This document shows, in pieces, positions 1-8,877 of a DNA stretch of 64,000 nt (position 1 is the stretch's first letter; the number at the start of each line of letters is the position of its first letter). Source of the DNA: an uncultured Spirochaetaceae bacterium. GTDB lineage: Bacteria; Spirochaetota; Spirochaetia; SZUA-6; RPPD01. The position numbers and the translations under genes were made by a program. The notes beneath the pieces were generated by a model. It ran no database searches, was not told the DNA's origin, and saw nothing but the letters and a program-made list of their open reading frames with translations. The stretch spans positions 28,088 through 92,087 of the forward strand of contig CAZWYY010000001.1 of NCBI GenBank assembly GCA_964638895.1, in the 5' to 3' direction.

Positions 1-7
1 AACCGTC

Positions 8-1123
8 ATGGCGGAAGAAGCTATAGACAATGTACTTTCGCAGGAACCGGACAATGTAGAGGCCCTCTATGATAAATCGTTGGTTAAGGCCTTGACGGGA
101 GATGAAAAAACGCAAAGACAGCTGCTGGAGCGGGTGGTTTCGTTGGATCCCTCCCATAATGAAGCGCTTTCCGCTTTGGGCGCGCTTTATCTTTATGACA
201 AGGATTATAAAAAAGCGGAAGGGTTTTTCAAGCAGGCAGTGAACCTGGATAATCAGAATATCGTTGCGCTTTTAGGGTTGGGAAACATCAGTTTCCGCCG
301 GAAAAAGTATAACGATGCGCTGGAGTATATAAACAAGGCGGTTGCCGCGGAGCCCGAATACCCGTTTTCTTATATAGACAGGGCCAGAACAAAAAAGGTA
401 TTAAACCGGCCCAAGGAGGCGCTTGCGGATCTAAGTAAGGCGATCGAGCTGGATCCAGAGTATTATTACAGTTATTTTGATCGCGGCAGGTTGCTTTTAA
501 GTATGGGTGAGCGGGAACGCGCCCTGGATGATTTTAACACCACCATCGGTCTTGATCCCGATAATTTCATCGCTTATACTTTCAGGGCGGGGGTCCTGGA
601 GGAAAAAGGCCTGGTAAACGAATCGATCCGTGATTATGAAAAGATAATCAGCCTAAAACCGGATTATTATTTTGCCTACGCGTCCCTGGCAACCCTCTAT
701 TATCTCAAAGACCGCTATGCGGATGCGCAGAAGATGTTCGCCAAGGCTGCTGAATATGAAAAGGAAAACTATTCAAATATACTGCTGGCCGCCTTAAGTT
801 TAAAAAAGCAGGGCAAAGAAAAACAGGCACGGGAATACCTGAAAACCGGACTCAAAGGAATCCCATCCGGGACCTGGGCGTATCACATCGCCCGCTATTA
901 TCTGGAGCCGTCCGCCGAATCAGCGGTAATCGCTATTGCCAATGACGAGAAGGTTCCCAGGATTCGTTCACAGATGCTTTTTTATATCGCGGTCAATAAT
1001 CTGCTCCGGAACAACAAGCGTACAGCCGCCGCCTTTTTACAGGAAGCGGTGGATATTGAGGCCTGGGGATATGTTGAAAAGCGCCTTGCACAGTTTGAGT
1101 TAGGTAAGTTCTCCGCCAAATAA
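8..1123 (+). CDS. TPR-repeat protein (frame is open to the window edge, so may be 5' truncated)
   Basis: 371-aa ORF with repeated 34-residue TPR-like motifs (ALxxLGxxYxxxxxYxxAxxxFxxAxxLDPxN pattern recurring about 8 times); upstream codons at positions 2-7 are open. Confidence 0.75.
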   Translation: MAEEAIDNVLSQEPDNVEALYDKSLVKALTGDEKTQRQLLERVVSLDPSHNEALSALGALYLYDKDYKKAEGFFKQAVNLDNQNIVALLGLGNISFRRKKYNDALEYINKAVAAEPEYPFSYIDRARTKKVLNRPKEALADLSKAIELDPEYYYSYFDRGRLLLSMGERERALDDFNTTIGLDPDNFIAYTFRAGVLEEKGLVNESIRDYEKIISLKPDYYFAYASLATLYYLKDRYADAQKMFAKAAEYEKENYSNILLAALSLKKQGKEKQAREYLKTGLKGIPSGTWAYHIARYYLEPSAESAVIAIANDEKVPRIRSQMLFYIAVNNLLRNNKRTAAAFLQEAVDIEAWGYVEKRLAQFELGKFSAK

Positions 1124-1140
1124 ACTACAAAGGAAACAGT

Positions 1141-2322
1141 ATGAATGACACAGTTCAGACAATCAAGGTAAACGGGAAAAAAATAACCATCGTGGGAACG
1201 GCTCATGTTTCACAGGCCAGTGTGGCCGAGGTTGAGGAGGTTATCAGGAAGGAAAATCCCGACCGTGTGTGCGTGGAACTTGATAAAACGCGTTACCAGA
1301 CCCTGACCCAGACCAATGTCTGGAAGAATCTTGATATCTCCGGGGTACTTAAGGAAAGAAAAGGCTTTCTTTTGCTAGCCAATCTGGTGCTGGCTTCTTT
1401 TCAGAGAAGATTGGGGCTGAATGTGGGGGTAAAACCCGGTGAGGAAATGCTGAAGGCCATCAATGTGGCAAAAGAGTTGGGGATTGAATGTGAGTTTTGT
1501 GACAGGGAGGTACAGGTTACCCTGCGGCGGGCCTGGGCAAAATCGAGTTTCTGGGGAAAAAACAAGATGCTTGCCGCCCTGATAAGCTCGGTGTTTACCA
1601 AAGAGAAGCTGTCAGAAGAGGAAATGGAGAAGCTTAAGGAAAAAAGCCTGATGCACAATATGATGGAGGAGCTTGCCGGGTATCTGCCTTCCGTAAAGGA
1701 GGTGCTGATCGATGAACGTGACAGGTTCCTGGCCACTAAAATATTCAATACACCAGGAAGAAAACTTGTGGCCGTTGTCGGGGCCGGTCATGTTGAGGGA
1801 ATCCTGGCAAACCTGACTCGTCTGGACAAGGGCGAACAGGCCAATGATGTCTCCGATATCGATGTTATTCCGCCCAAGAAATTCATTTTTAAGCTTATAC
1901 CCTGGTTTGTCACGGTAATTGTGCTGGGACTCATTGCCCTGGGTGTGATCATGGGTGGCGCTGAAAAGGGCTTTAACATGGCCTGGACCTGGTTTTTGGC
2001 CAACGGCATCCCCGCCAGCCTGGGCGCGGTATTGGCCCTGGCCCATCCGGTGACCATTCTGGTTGTGTTTGTGGCTGCACCCTTTACCTCGTTGACCCCT
2101 GTGGTGGGCGCCGGAATGGTGGGGGGACTGATTCAGTATTACATGATGAAACCCAAGGTCAAGGATTTTGAGAATTTATTTGAGGATCTGAACAGTTTCA
2201 AGGGACTATACCTGAATCGCGTGTTGAAGATATTCTGGGTGTTTTTTCTTGCCGGCGTGGGAAGTATGATCGGAACCTGGGTCGGCATTTCACTTATAAC
2301 CTCGCTTCTGGGGGCCAAATAA
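1141..2322 (+). CDS. TraB/GumN family protein with C-terminal membrane segments
   Basis: N-terminus VGTAHVSQASVAEVEEVIRKENPDRVCVELD matches TraB-family signature; C-terminal hydrophobic helices; RBS-like AGGAAACAG before ATG. Confidence 0.75.
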   Translation: MNDTVQTIKVNGKKITIVGTAHVSQASVAEVEEVIRKENPDRVCVELDKTRYQTLTQTNVWKNLDISGVLKERKGFLLLANLVLASFQRRLGLNVGVKPGEEMLKAINVAKELGIECEFCDREVQVTLRRAWAKSSFWGKNKMLAALISSVFTKEKLSEEEMEKLKEKSLMHNMMEELAGYLPSVKEVLIDERDRFLATKIFNTPGRKLVAVVGAGHVEGILANLTRLDKGEQANDVSDIDVIPPKKFIFKLIPWFVTVIVLGLIALGVIMGGAEKGFNMAWTWFLANGIPASLGAVLALAHPVTILVVFVAAPFTSLTPVVGAGMVGGLIQYYMMKPKVKDFENLFEDLNSFKGLYLNRVLKIFWVFFLAGVGSMIGTWVGISLITSLLGAK

Positions 2323-2368
2323 AAGCCGGCTCTTGGTGCCGAAAAAAGGCCGGCGCGAGCCCTCACCA

Positions 2369-3745
2369 TCAGGTCCGGCCGGTCGATTTAAACATGGACA
2401 GCACGGCCTGCCCCAGTGAGGAAAACCCCTTGTACTCACCATCCTTCAATAAAAGCGTTTCATCGGCCATGGGGCCCGCAAGCGAAGCGAAGCCCAGGTC
2501 CCAGGCTGTCTTAAGGCGCTTGGCAAGCTGTTTAACGGTGCGGATTTCACCGGCCAGGCTGACCTCTCCGCACACCGCCGTATGCAGCGGCAGTGGTACG
2601 TTAAGGCGGGCGGAATACAGCGCCAGGCACAGGGGCAGCTGCACCCCCACTTCTTTTACCTGCAGCCCGACGGCTACGTTCACGTAAATATCATAATCCG
2701 TAAGTGTTATCTTCAGATGCTTTTCCAGAACAGCGGCCGCCTTTGAGACTACGCGCGCGTCTATCCTGTCGGAATAAACACGCGAGATGCCGCCTTTTGC
2801 GGGTATAACCAGGCATTGGATTTCCACCAACAGCACACGTGAACCCTCGTATAACGGGGTGATGACAATGCCCGGCGGCACCTCCCCAGCGCGCTGCTCA
2901 AGAAACAATGTGGCCGCGTTTTTTACTTGGACAAGCCCGTTTTCCGTCATGCGGAAAATACCTATTTCATCACCGGGACCGAATCGATTTTTGTTGGCGC
3001 GTAAAAAACGCACGTCATTATCCGCGGTTTCAAACGACAACACCGTATCCACCATGTGCTCGATCACCTTTGGTCCGGCGATGTTCCCCTCCTTGGTGAC
3101 ATGGCCGATCAAAAAAAGCGCCGAGGTCTTTGTTTTTACCCATTCGATCAGCTCCTGGGTGCAGTACTTTATCTGGTTGACGCTGCCCGCCACCACACCA
3201 AGCTCATGATCCATAATGGTCTGGATGGAATCCACAATCACCAGGATGGGATTGACCCTATTCAACACGGTATTAATGGCGGACATCTCGGTTTCAGCCA
3301 GTACCTCGATGTGGGAGGCGATGATTCCCAACCTGTCGGCGTGCATTTTTAACTGCGCCGGTGATTCCTCACCGGAGACGTATAACACGCGGCCGCTTGA
3401 TTTTATGGTGGAGGCAATTTGGAGCATGAGGGTTGACTTCCCGATTCCGGGCTCACCGCCGATGAGAATGGAGGAGCCCTTCATGATTCCCCCGCCCAGC
3501 ACGCGGTTTATCTCCTCATTTCCGCAGTCAAAGCGTAGGTCCTGCTTTTTTTGCAGTGAGGAAAGCGGCACCGTGGTCAGGTTGACGCTTGCTTTTTTGG
3601 CGCCCTTATGCGATTCCACTTCGTTTTCCTGCAATGTATTCCAGTTGCCGCATTCCGGACACCTGCCCAGCCATTTGGGTTCGGTGTGACCGCAGGCCCC
3701 GCACACATAGTGAATCTTCTGTTTCATACTAGGTATATACTGCAT
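2369..3745 (-). CDS. radA: DNA repair protein RadA/Sms
   Basis: N-terminal C4 zinc ribbon (CGACGHTEPKWLGRCPECGNW), Walker A GEPGIGKST, KNRFG motif, C-terminal Lon-like domain; alternative start at MKQK (3727) possible. Confidence 0.9.
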   Translation of the reverse strand: MQYIPSMKQKIHYVCGACGHTEPKWLGRCPECGNWNTLQENEVESHKGAKKASVNLTTVPLSSLQKKQDLRFDCGNEEINRVLGGGIMKGSSILIGGEPGIGKSTLMLQIASTIKSSGRVLYVSGEESPAQLKMHADRLGIIASHIEVLAETEMSAINTVLNRVNPILVIVDSIQTIMDHELGVVAGSVNQIKYCTQELIEWVKTKTSALFLIGHVTKEGNIAGPKVIEHMVDTVLSFETADNDVRFLRANKNRFGPGDEIGIFRMTENGLVQVKNAATLFLEQRAGEVPPGIVITPLYEGSRVLLVEIQCLVIPAKGGISRVYSDRIDARVVSKAAAVLEKHLKITLTDYDIYVNVAVGLQVKEVGVQLPLCLALYSARLNVPLPLHTAVCGEVSLAGEIRTVKQLAKRLKTAWDLGFASLAGPMADETLLLKDGEYKGFSSLGQAVLSMFKSTGRT

Positions 3746-3995
3746 GGAATGACGAATTGCTTCAAGTGTAAAAATTCAACGCAAACCGGCGAGAATCCTT
3801 TTACGATTAAATGTCGTCTCACCGATACGCACGGAAAAACACTGAAACACGGATTCCGCAGATTTAATAAGATTTCACAGATTTCTCTTTTTATAGTTTA
3901 ATCTGCATAATCCATTATAATCAGCGTAATCTGCGGTTTTTTATTCTTTAATAATCTGTACAATCTTTGATCATACTATATAGAAAGCAGTAACC

Positions 3996-4025
3996 TTGAC
4001 AAAACTGATTTTTGTCTATTATATT
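3996..4025 (+). promoter_or_regulatory. sigma70-like promoter for tRNA-Leu (TTGACA, 17-18 nt spacer, TATATT)
   Basis: TTGACA at 3996-4001 and TATATT-like -10 about 18 nt downstream, 19 nt before tRNA 5' end. Confidence 0.4.
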
Positions 4026-4043
4026 AATACACGCTTATTTACC

Positions 4044-4127
4044 GCTGTGGTGGTGGAATTGGTAGACACGCTAGCTTGAGGGGCTAGTGGGGGTTACCCC
4101 GTGAAGGTTCAAGTCCTTTCCACAGCA
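4044..4127 (+). tRNA. tRNA-Leu (anticodon GAG), class II with long variable arm, CCA not encoded
   Basis: 7-bp acceptor stem GCTGTGG/CCACAGC, D-loop AATTGGTAG, anticodon stem CTAGC/GCTAG with loop TTGAGGG, variable arm GGGGTTACCCC hairpin, T-loop TTCAAGT, discriminator A. Confidence 0.85.
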
Positions 4128-4144
4128 TGTACGCCGTCTTTCTT

Positions 4145-5482
4145 ATGGAAAAAAGTAACAGTTCCCGGTTTAAACAGGCCGTTGATTTTCTGTATTCACG
4201 CATCAATCTGGAAAGGGACACCTCTTCCGTTGACCGGAACGAGTACAAACTTGACGGCATGCGTTTTCTGCTTGAACGCTTCGGTAATCCCCAGCTTGAT
4301 TTTAAGGTCATCCATATTGCCGGTTCAAAGGCCAAGGGCTCCACGGCCGCGCTGACAGCCTCGGTGCTGACGGCTGCGGGCGGAAGTACAGGCCTTTACA
4401 CCTCGCCCCATGTAAGTTCGATCCAGGAGCGAATTGCCGTAAACGGCCGGCCCATAGACCGGGAAGTGTTCGCCGATCTTTGTTTTCATCTGAAAGACAA
4501 AATCGAGCGGATCCCCCTCTCAGCCTTTCCTGAATCAAAAAACCCTACGTTTTTCGAGTTGATGACCCTTTTGGCCTGGCTTGCCTTTAGGCGGGCGCGC
4601 TGCGAGTATGTGGTTCTGGAAACCGGACTGGGCGGCAGGCTGGACGCCACCAACATTGTAAACCCTGCTGCTGCGGTACTCACTCCCATAGAGCTGGAGC
4701 ACCAGGCCATTTTGGGTGATTCGCTTGAAAAAATAGCGGCGGAAAAATGCGGAATCATCAAACAAGGGGTACCGGTCTTCTGTGCCCGCCAACCGGAGGC
4801 CGTAAAAAGGGTTATACGGGAACAGGCCGAGGCAAAAAACGCGTCCGTGCTTTTTCTGGATGACGAGCTTTCGAACCTGCAGGTTGTAGAGCGTATCGAC
4901 AGAACCGATTTCAGGTTTACCCTTAAATGGGGTGCGGAGAACCATTTTACCCTCGGTCTTGCCGGGGCGTTTCAGGCCGAAAACGCCGCTTTGGCCTTTG
5001 TTACCCTGCGGACATTGTATCCGGGCATTCCCGGGCAGGCCTATCGGAAGGGATTCGCGTCAGCCTTTCTTCCCGCACGAATGGAGGTTGTCTGCAAGGC
5101 CCCGCTGGTTATTGTGGACGGAGCCCATACACCCGGTTCGGTCTCCAGGGCCATGGCAAGCTTTACCGGGTTGGCCGGGCGGGAGGGTATCCTCTTGTTC
5201 GCCGCGGTAAAGGGCAAGAATATAGACGAAATGGCGGCCGTATTGGCCCCGTATTTTTTACGTATAATCGTTTCTACCCCCGGCTCTTTCCGCCGGAGTG
5301 AGCCCGGTAGAGTGTATGAAGCCTTCCGTCGTTATAATAAAAACGTGTATCTGGAACCCGATCCGCGCCGGGCCTTACACAAAGCCCTGGCGTTGTCCGG
5401 GGGGGTGCTCCCTGTGTTGGCTGTGGGTTCCCTATATTTTGCGGCCGAGCTTCGGGCGCACTACGCCCAAAGCGCACATTAA
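4145..5482 (+). CDS. folC: bifunctional folylpolyglutamate synthase / dihydrofolate synthase
   Basis: Mur-ligase P-loop IHIAGSKAKGST followed by TSPHVSSIQERI (FolC signature TSPHL..ERI); ORF-track ATG at 4127 overlaps tRNA discriminator so next in-frame ATG (MEKS) chosen; start uncertain. Confidence 0.8.
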   Translation: MEKSNSSRFKQAVDFLYSRINLERDTSSVDRNEYKLDGMRFLLERFGNPQLDFKVIHIAGSKAKGSTAALTASVLTAAGGSTGLYTSPHVSSIQERIAVNGRPIDREVFADLCFHLKDKIERIPLSAFPESKNPTFFELMTLLAWLAFRRARCEYVVLETGLGGRLDATNIVNPAAAVLTPIELEHQAILGDSLEKIAAEKCGIIKQGVPVFCARQPEAVKRVIREQAEAKNASVLFLDDELSNLQVVERIDRTDFRFTLKWGAENHFTLGLAGAFQAENAALAFVTLRTLYPGIPGQAYRKGFASAFLPARMEVVCKAPLVIVDGAHTPGSVSRAMASFTGLAGREGILLFAAVKGKNIDEMAAVLAPYFLRIIVSTPGSFRRSEPGRVYEAFRRYNKNVYLEPDPRRALHKALALSGGVLPVLAVGSLYFAAELRAHYAQSAH

Positions 5483-5576
5483 ACCGGGCGCGCCGCTCCC
5501 TCCATGACCCTCGACACACGTTTTGAGCCGGCAGCTCCCCTTCGGACCACTCAAAACTCCAAAATCAAAGCCGCCG

Positions 5577-6689
5577 TTACTCGGCTTCCTTGCGGGGGAT
5601 CTTATGGTTACGGTGCAAATATTCTTTCATCACCTCAAGACGCACCCGGTAATAGCGGGTCCAGGCGCCGGACAGGGTCTGTCCGGCGAGCGGTTCCAGT
5701 TTTCTTACCACAATATCCTTGTTGGGCTTGATGTAATTGGAGATGAGTACGGGATCTATCCGGGAGACGTGGGCCCTCCCGTTTATGATCTGGATTGAAA
5801 CGCGAAGCAGCATCGAATCCCCGGTATTGGCCCACACGCTGTGGGGTTTTTGGGGGTTTACATGCCAGGTCTGCCCTGAAATGAAATTACCCATGGAGTA
5901 GATGATCAGCTTGTTCATTCCGTTCTTGTTTATTATCTCAAAGGGCTGGAGTACGTGCGGATGATGACCGTAGACAATATCCGCGCCCGCGTCTATCAAT
6001 GCCTTAAAAAAGGCGGCCTTCCCGGGATCCGGCTGTGTGGCGTACTCCACGCCCCCATGAAAGGAAATTATAAACAGGTTGTATTCCGCTGATACCCGGC
6101 GCACCAGGGCCAGAAAGTCCGCCGTTTGTTTTTCATCGTTATAATCCACCAGGTTGATGTAGGGCTTTTCCTGGGGAACATTCAAAAACTGGGTAACGGC
6201 CAAAAACCCAATCTTAATGCCGCCATGAAAAATGGTTTCGGGCCGTATCCCCAGGTCCGGGTGCTCCTGAATGCCGGAAAAGTAGATGTTCCGCCCGTAG
6301 CGTGTCCTAAGCCGGGTCATGGCGTCCAGGGTTTTTAGCACGCCTTCACTATCCTGGTCGCAGGAGTGGTTGTTGGCCAGGGAAAAGACGTCAATGCCCG
6401 CCCTGATCGCAGCCTCCACATATTCCGGATGCGCGTTAAAGCGCGGATAGGTTGAGTACGGCAGATCAGCCGCAATCGGAAACTCCAGGTTACCGAAGGT
6501 AAGATCATCGGTAAGCAGCAGGTCCTTGACATCCTCGTAAATAAGATTGTAATTCTTCATTCTGTAGTTGACGTCATGGGCCATGATGTCCCCCAGGAAT
6601 GTGCAGGTGATGGTGTGCAGTGACTGCGCATTCAGCCAGTAGATACTGAGTATCAGGCCCAACAGAATAAACCGGGTTTTTTTCAGCAT
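5577..6689 (-). CDS. CapA/PgsA-family metallophosphatase-like protein (poly-gamma-glutamate capsule synthesis family), secreted
   Basis: signal peptide MLKKTRFILLGLILSIYWLNA; CapA-family motifs FLGDIMAHD, SLANNH, FHGGVEY, GHHPH; start moved to Met8 (RBS-like AAGGGAAAG). Confidence 0.75.
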   Translation of the reverse strand: MLKKTRFILLGLILSIYWLNAQSLHTITCTFLGDIMAHDVNYRMKNYNLIYEDVKDLLLTDDLTFGNLEFPIAADLPYSTYPRFNAHPEYVEAAIRAGIDVFSLANNHSCDQDSEGVLKTLDAMTRLRTRYGRNIYFSGIQEHPDLGIRPETIFHGGIKIGFLAVTQFLNVPQEKPYINLVDYNDEKQTADFLALVRRVSAEYNLFIISFHGGVEYATQPDPGKAAFFKALIDAGADIVYGHHPHVLQPFEIINKNGMNKLIIYSMGNFISGQTWHVNPQKPHSVWANTGDSMLLRVSIQIINGRAHVSRIDPVLISNYIKPNKDIVVRKLEPLAGQTLSGAWTRYYRVRLEVMKEYLHRNHKIPRKEAE

Positions 6690-6878
6690 TTTTCTTTCCC
6701 TTGGCTCCAATATACTAGTTATCGAAGTATGAGTACATGGAGTAAAGGGTGAAACGTCGGTTGCTGGTTTCTAAATTATGTGGAATTAAACCACCCGATC
6801 GCCCCGGGTAAGGGCAAAACTTGAAAAGCGCCCGCTTTTTTATTAATATGTATAGATATAGTGAAGGAAGGTGTGTGT

Positions 6879-7145
6879 ATGATATTTTTAATGTTTATTA
6901 ACCAGCCGGTAAAAGGTACCTGTGTACTAAGCGGAAAACCGGTGATATTTGACGGATCGTTGGGTTTTTTTGAAGACCAAAATCAAGCAAGACCGGTTTC
7001 GGAGGATCAGGCGCTGGAAAGGGGCTTTACCGTCACCCCGGACACATTTGAAAAGATACGGGCCTTGGTTGAAGAAGGCAGAAAATACGAAGAGGTACAG
7101 GAATCGGCGCACCATGAGATAGAAGTCCTGGAGGAAGACGACTGA
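6879..7145 (+). CDS. small hypothetical protein with acidic C-terminus, upstream of pheST
   Basis: 88-aa ORF, RBS GAAGGAAGG 6 nt before ATG at 6879 (ORF track began at GTG 6861); no recognisable family. Confidence 0.4.
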   Translation: MIFLMFINQPVKGTCVLSGKPVIFDGSLGFFEDQNQARPVSEDQALERGFTVTPDTFEKIRALVEEGRKYEEVQESAHHEIEVLEEDD

Positions 7146-7323
7146 GTCCGCCGGTGATTCCGCCGCCGGCCCTTTCCGGGACTGTATGTTACACGAGTGA
7201 ACGTGTTTTTTATCCTTGGTTTTTGGAGGCATGGGGGCTAAAAAACACGGCAAACCCCTTTACAATATTCCTATTTAAGGTTACCTATTAAGAACTTATT
7301 ACAATATGCGTGGAGTTGTTGTC

Positions 7324-8874
7324 ATGGACGCCGTGGAAACCATTATAAAAACCCTTCATCCCCTGGAAATCAAGGTATTGCGTGCCGTTGAAAAAGGGGA
7401 GAAGCTTACTGCGGAGGTTTTACAGAAAAAGCTTTCTTTCAATGTGGGACAGTGCAACCAGGTGTTCAGCTGGTTGGGCGCCAAGGAGCTTATTGCGGAG
7501 CTTGACCGATTTTCGGTTGTTTCGTATGAAATAACGCCCCTGGGCCGTGAGTATCATACACGCGGAACGCCCGAAGAACGAGTAATCGCGCTTTTGGAAC
7601 AGCGGGGGGAGCTCACCCTGCCCCGGCTGGCGCAGGAGTCGGGTCTGGAAAACAAGGATGTAGGCTCGGCCTTCGGCCTGCTTTCCAAAGAGGGCATGCT
7701 CTCCATGAACCGGGACAAGGCGGTATGTATCAAGGATGCCGGTAAAAACCATAAGGTAAAGTGTGTGCGGAAGCTGCTTGATCTGTTACACGAAAAGAAC
7801 AGTCTTAAGGATACGGAATTAGATCCTGAGCTGCAGGAACTGGCCTCCTCCTTGGCAAAAAAGCGCGGCTCATCAACCAGTATCTGCAAACAGATCGAGC
7901 GCGACGAGGTGACCTATGTGCTTACCACTCAGGGCGAAGCCGTGCAGAAGAGCCTGCTGCAAAAAGGGGTTACGGGTGAAGAGATCGGGATGCTTACACC
8001 CGAAATAATCAAAAACGGTGAATGGAAAAACAAAGGTTTTCGCGGCTACAACATCCAGTCCCCGCCGGTCAGAGTGCTTTTAGGCAGGAAGAACCCCTAT
8101 GTGGAATTCCTGGACGCCTTGAAGGACAAGCTTGTATCCCTGGGGTTTGAGGAATATGACGGCCCTCTGGTGGAAAGCGAGTTCTGGAACTGTGACGCGC
8201 TGTTTATGCCCCAGTTCCATTCGGCGCGCGATATTCATGACGTATATTACATCAAAGAGCCGCAGTACGCTAAAGCCATTACCGAACCTTATTTAACCCG
8301 GGTGGCCCAGGCTCATGAAAACGGCTGGCAGACCGGCAGCCGGGGGTGGGGTTACAAGTTCGACAAACAATTCACCAGGAAGCTGATCTTAAGAAGCCAG
8401 GGGACCGTTCTTTCGGCCAAGGCCCTGGTTAACGCCAAGATACCGGGTAAGTACTTCGGCGTGGTAAGGTGCTTCCGCTACGATAAGGTAGACGCCACTC
8501 ACCTGGCCGATTTTTACCAGACCGAGGGGATCGTCCTTGGTGAGGATGTGAACCTGCGCACCCTGTTGGGGCTGTTGAAAATGTTCGCCGAAGAGGTGGC
8601 GGGCGCCAAGGATGTTAAGTATGTTCCGGGGTACTTCCCCTTTACGGAGCCCTCGGTTGAGGTACACATAAAACACCCTGAACTGGGGTGGTTTGAACTG
8701 GGCGGGGCCGGGATTTTCAGACCGGAGGTGACCTATCCGCTGGGGGTGAATGTTCCGGTTCTGGCCTGGGGGTTGGGTATCGACCGCATGGCCCTCATGT
8801 CCTTAGGATTAAAGGATATTCGCGACTTATTTCAGGCCGATATCGAGCAGGTACGCCTGCGCAGAAGGAGTTAA
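7324..8874 (+). CDS. pheS: phenylalanine--tRNA ligase alpha subunit, archaeal/spirochaete long form
   Basis: C-terminal class II aaRS motifs (FRYDKVDATHLADFYQTEG, GAGIFRPEV, GLGIDRMA), long N-terminal extension with winged-helix-like repeats; GGAG RBS 7 nt before ATG 7324. Confidence 0.9.
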   Translation: MDAVETIIKTLHPLEIKVLRAVEKGEKLTAEVLQKKLSFNVGQCNQVFSWLGAKELIAELDRFSVVSYEITPLGREYHTRGTPEERVIALLEQRGELTLPRLAQESGLENKDVGSAFGLLSKEGMLSMNRDKAVCIKDAGKNHKVKCVRKLLDLLHEKNSLKDTELDPELQELASSLAKKRGSSTSICKQIERDEVTYVLTTQGEAVQKSLLQKGVTGEEIGMLTPEIIKNGEWKNKGFRGYNIQSPPVRVLLGRKNPYVEFLDALKDKLVSLGFEEYDGPLVESEFWNCDALFMPQFHSARDIHDVYYIKEPQYAKAITEPYLTRVAQAHENGWQTGSRGWGYKFDKQFTRKLILRSQGTVLSAKALVNAKIPGKYFGVVRCFRYDKVDATHLADFYQTEGIVLGEDVNLRTLLGLLKMFAEEVAGAKDVKYVPGYFPFTEPSVEVHIKHPELGWFELGGAGIFRPEVTYPLGVNVPVLAWGLGIDRMALMSLGLKDIRDLFQADIEQVRLRRRS

Positions 8875-8877
8875 GCC

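Noticed and set aside
3608-3901. 97-aa plus-strand ORF spanning the radA 5' end and the hexamer-repeat region
   Set aside because: Overlaps the radA start in antisense and consists largely of the repeat array; more likely regulatory DNA than coding
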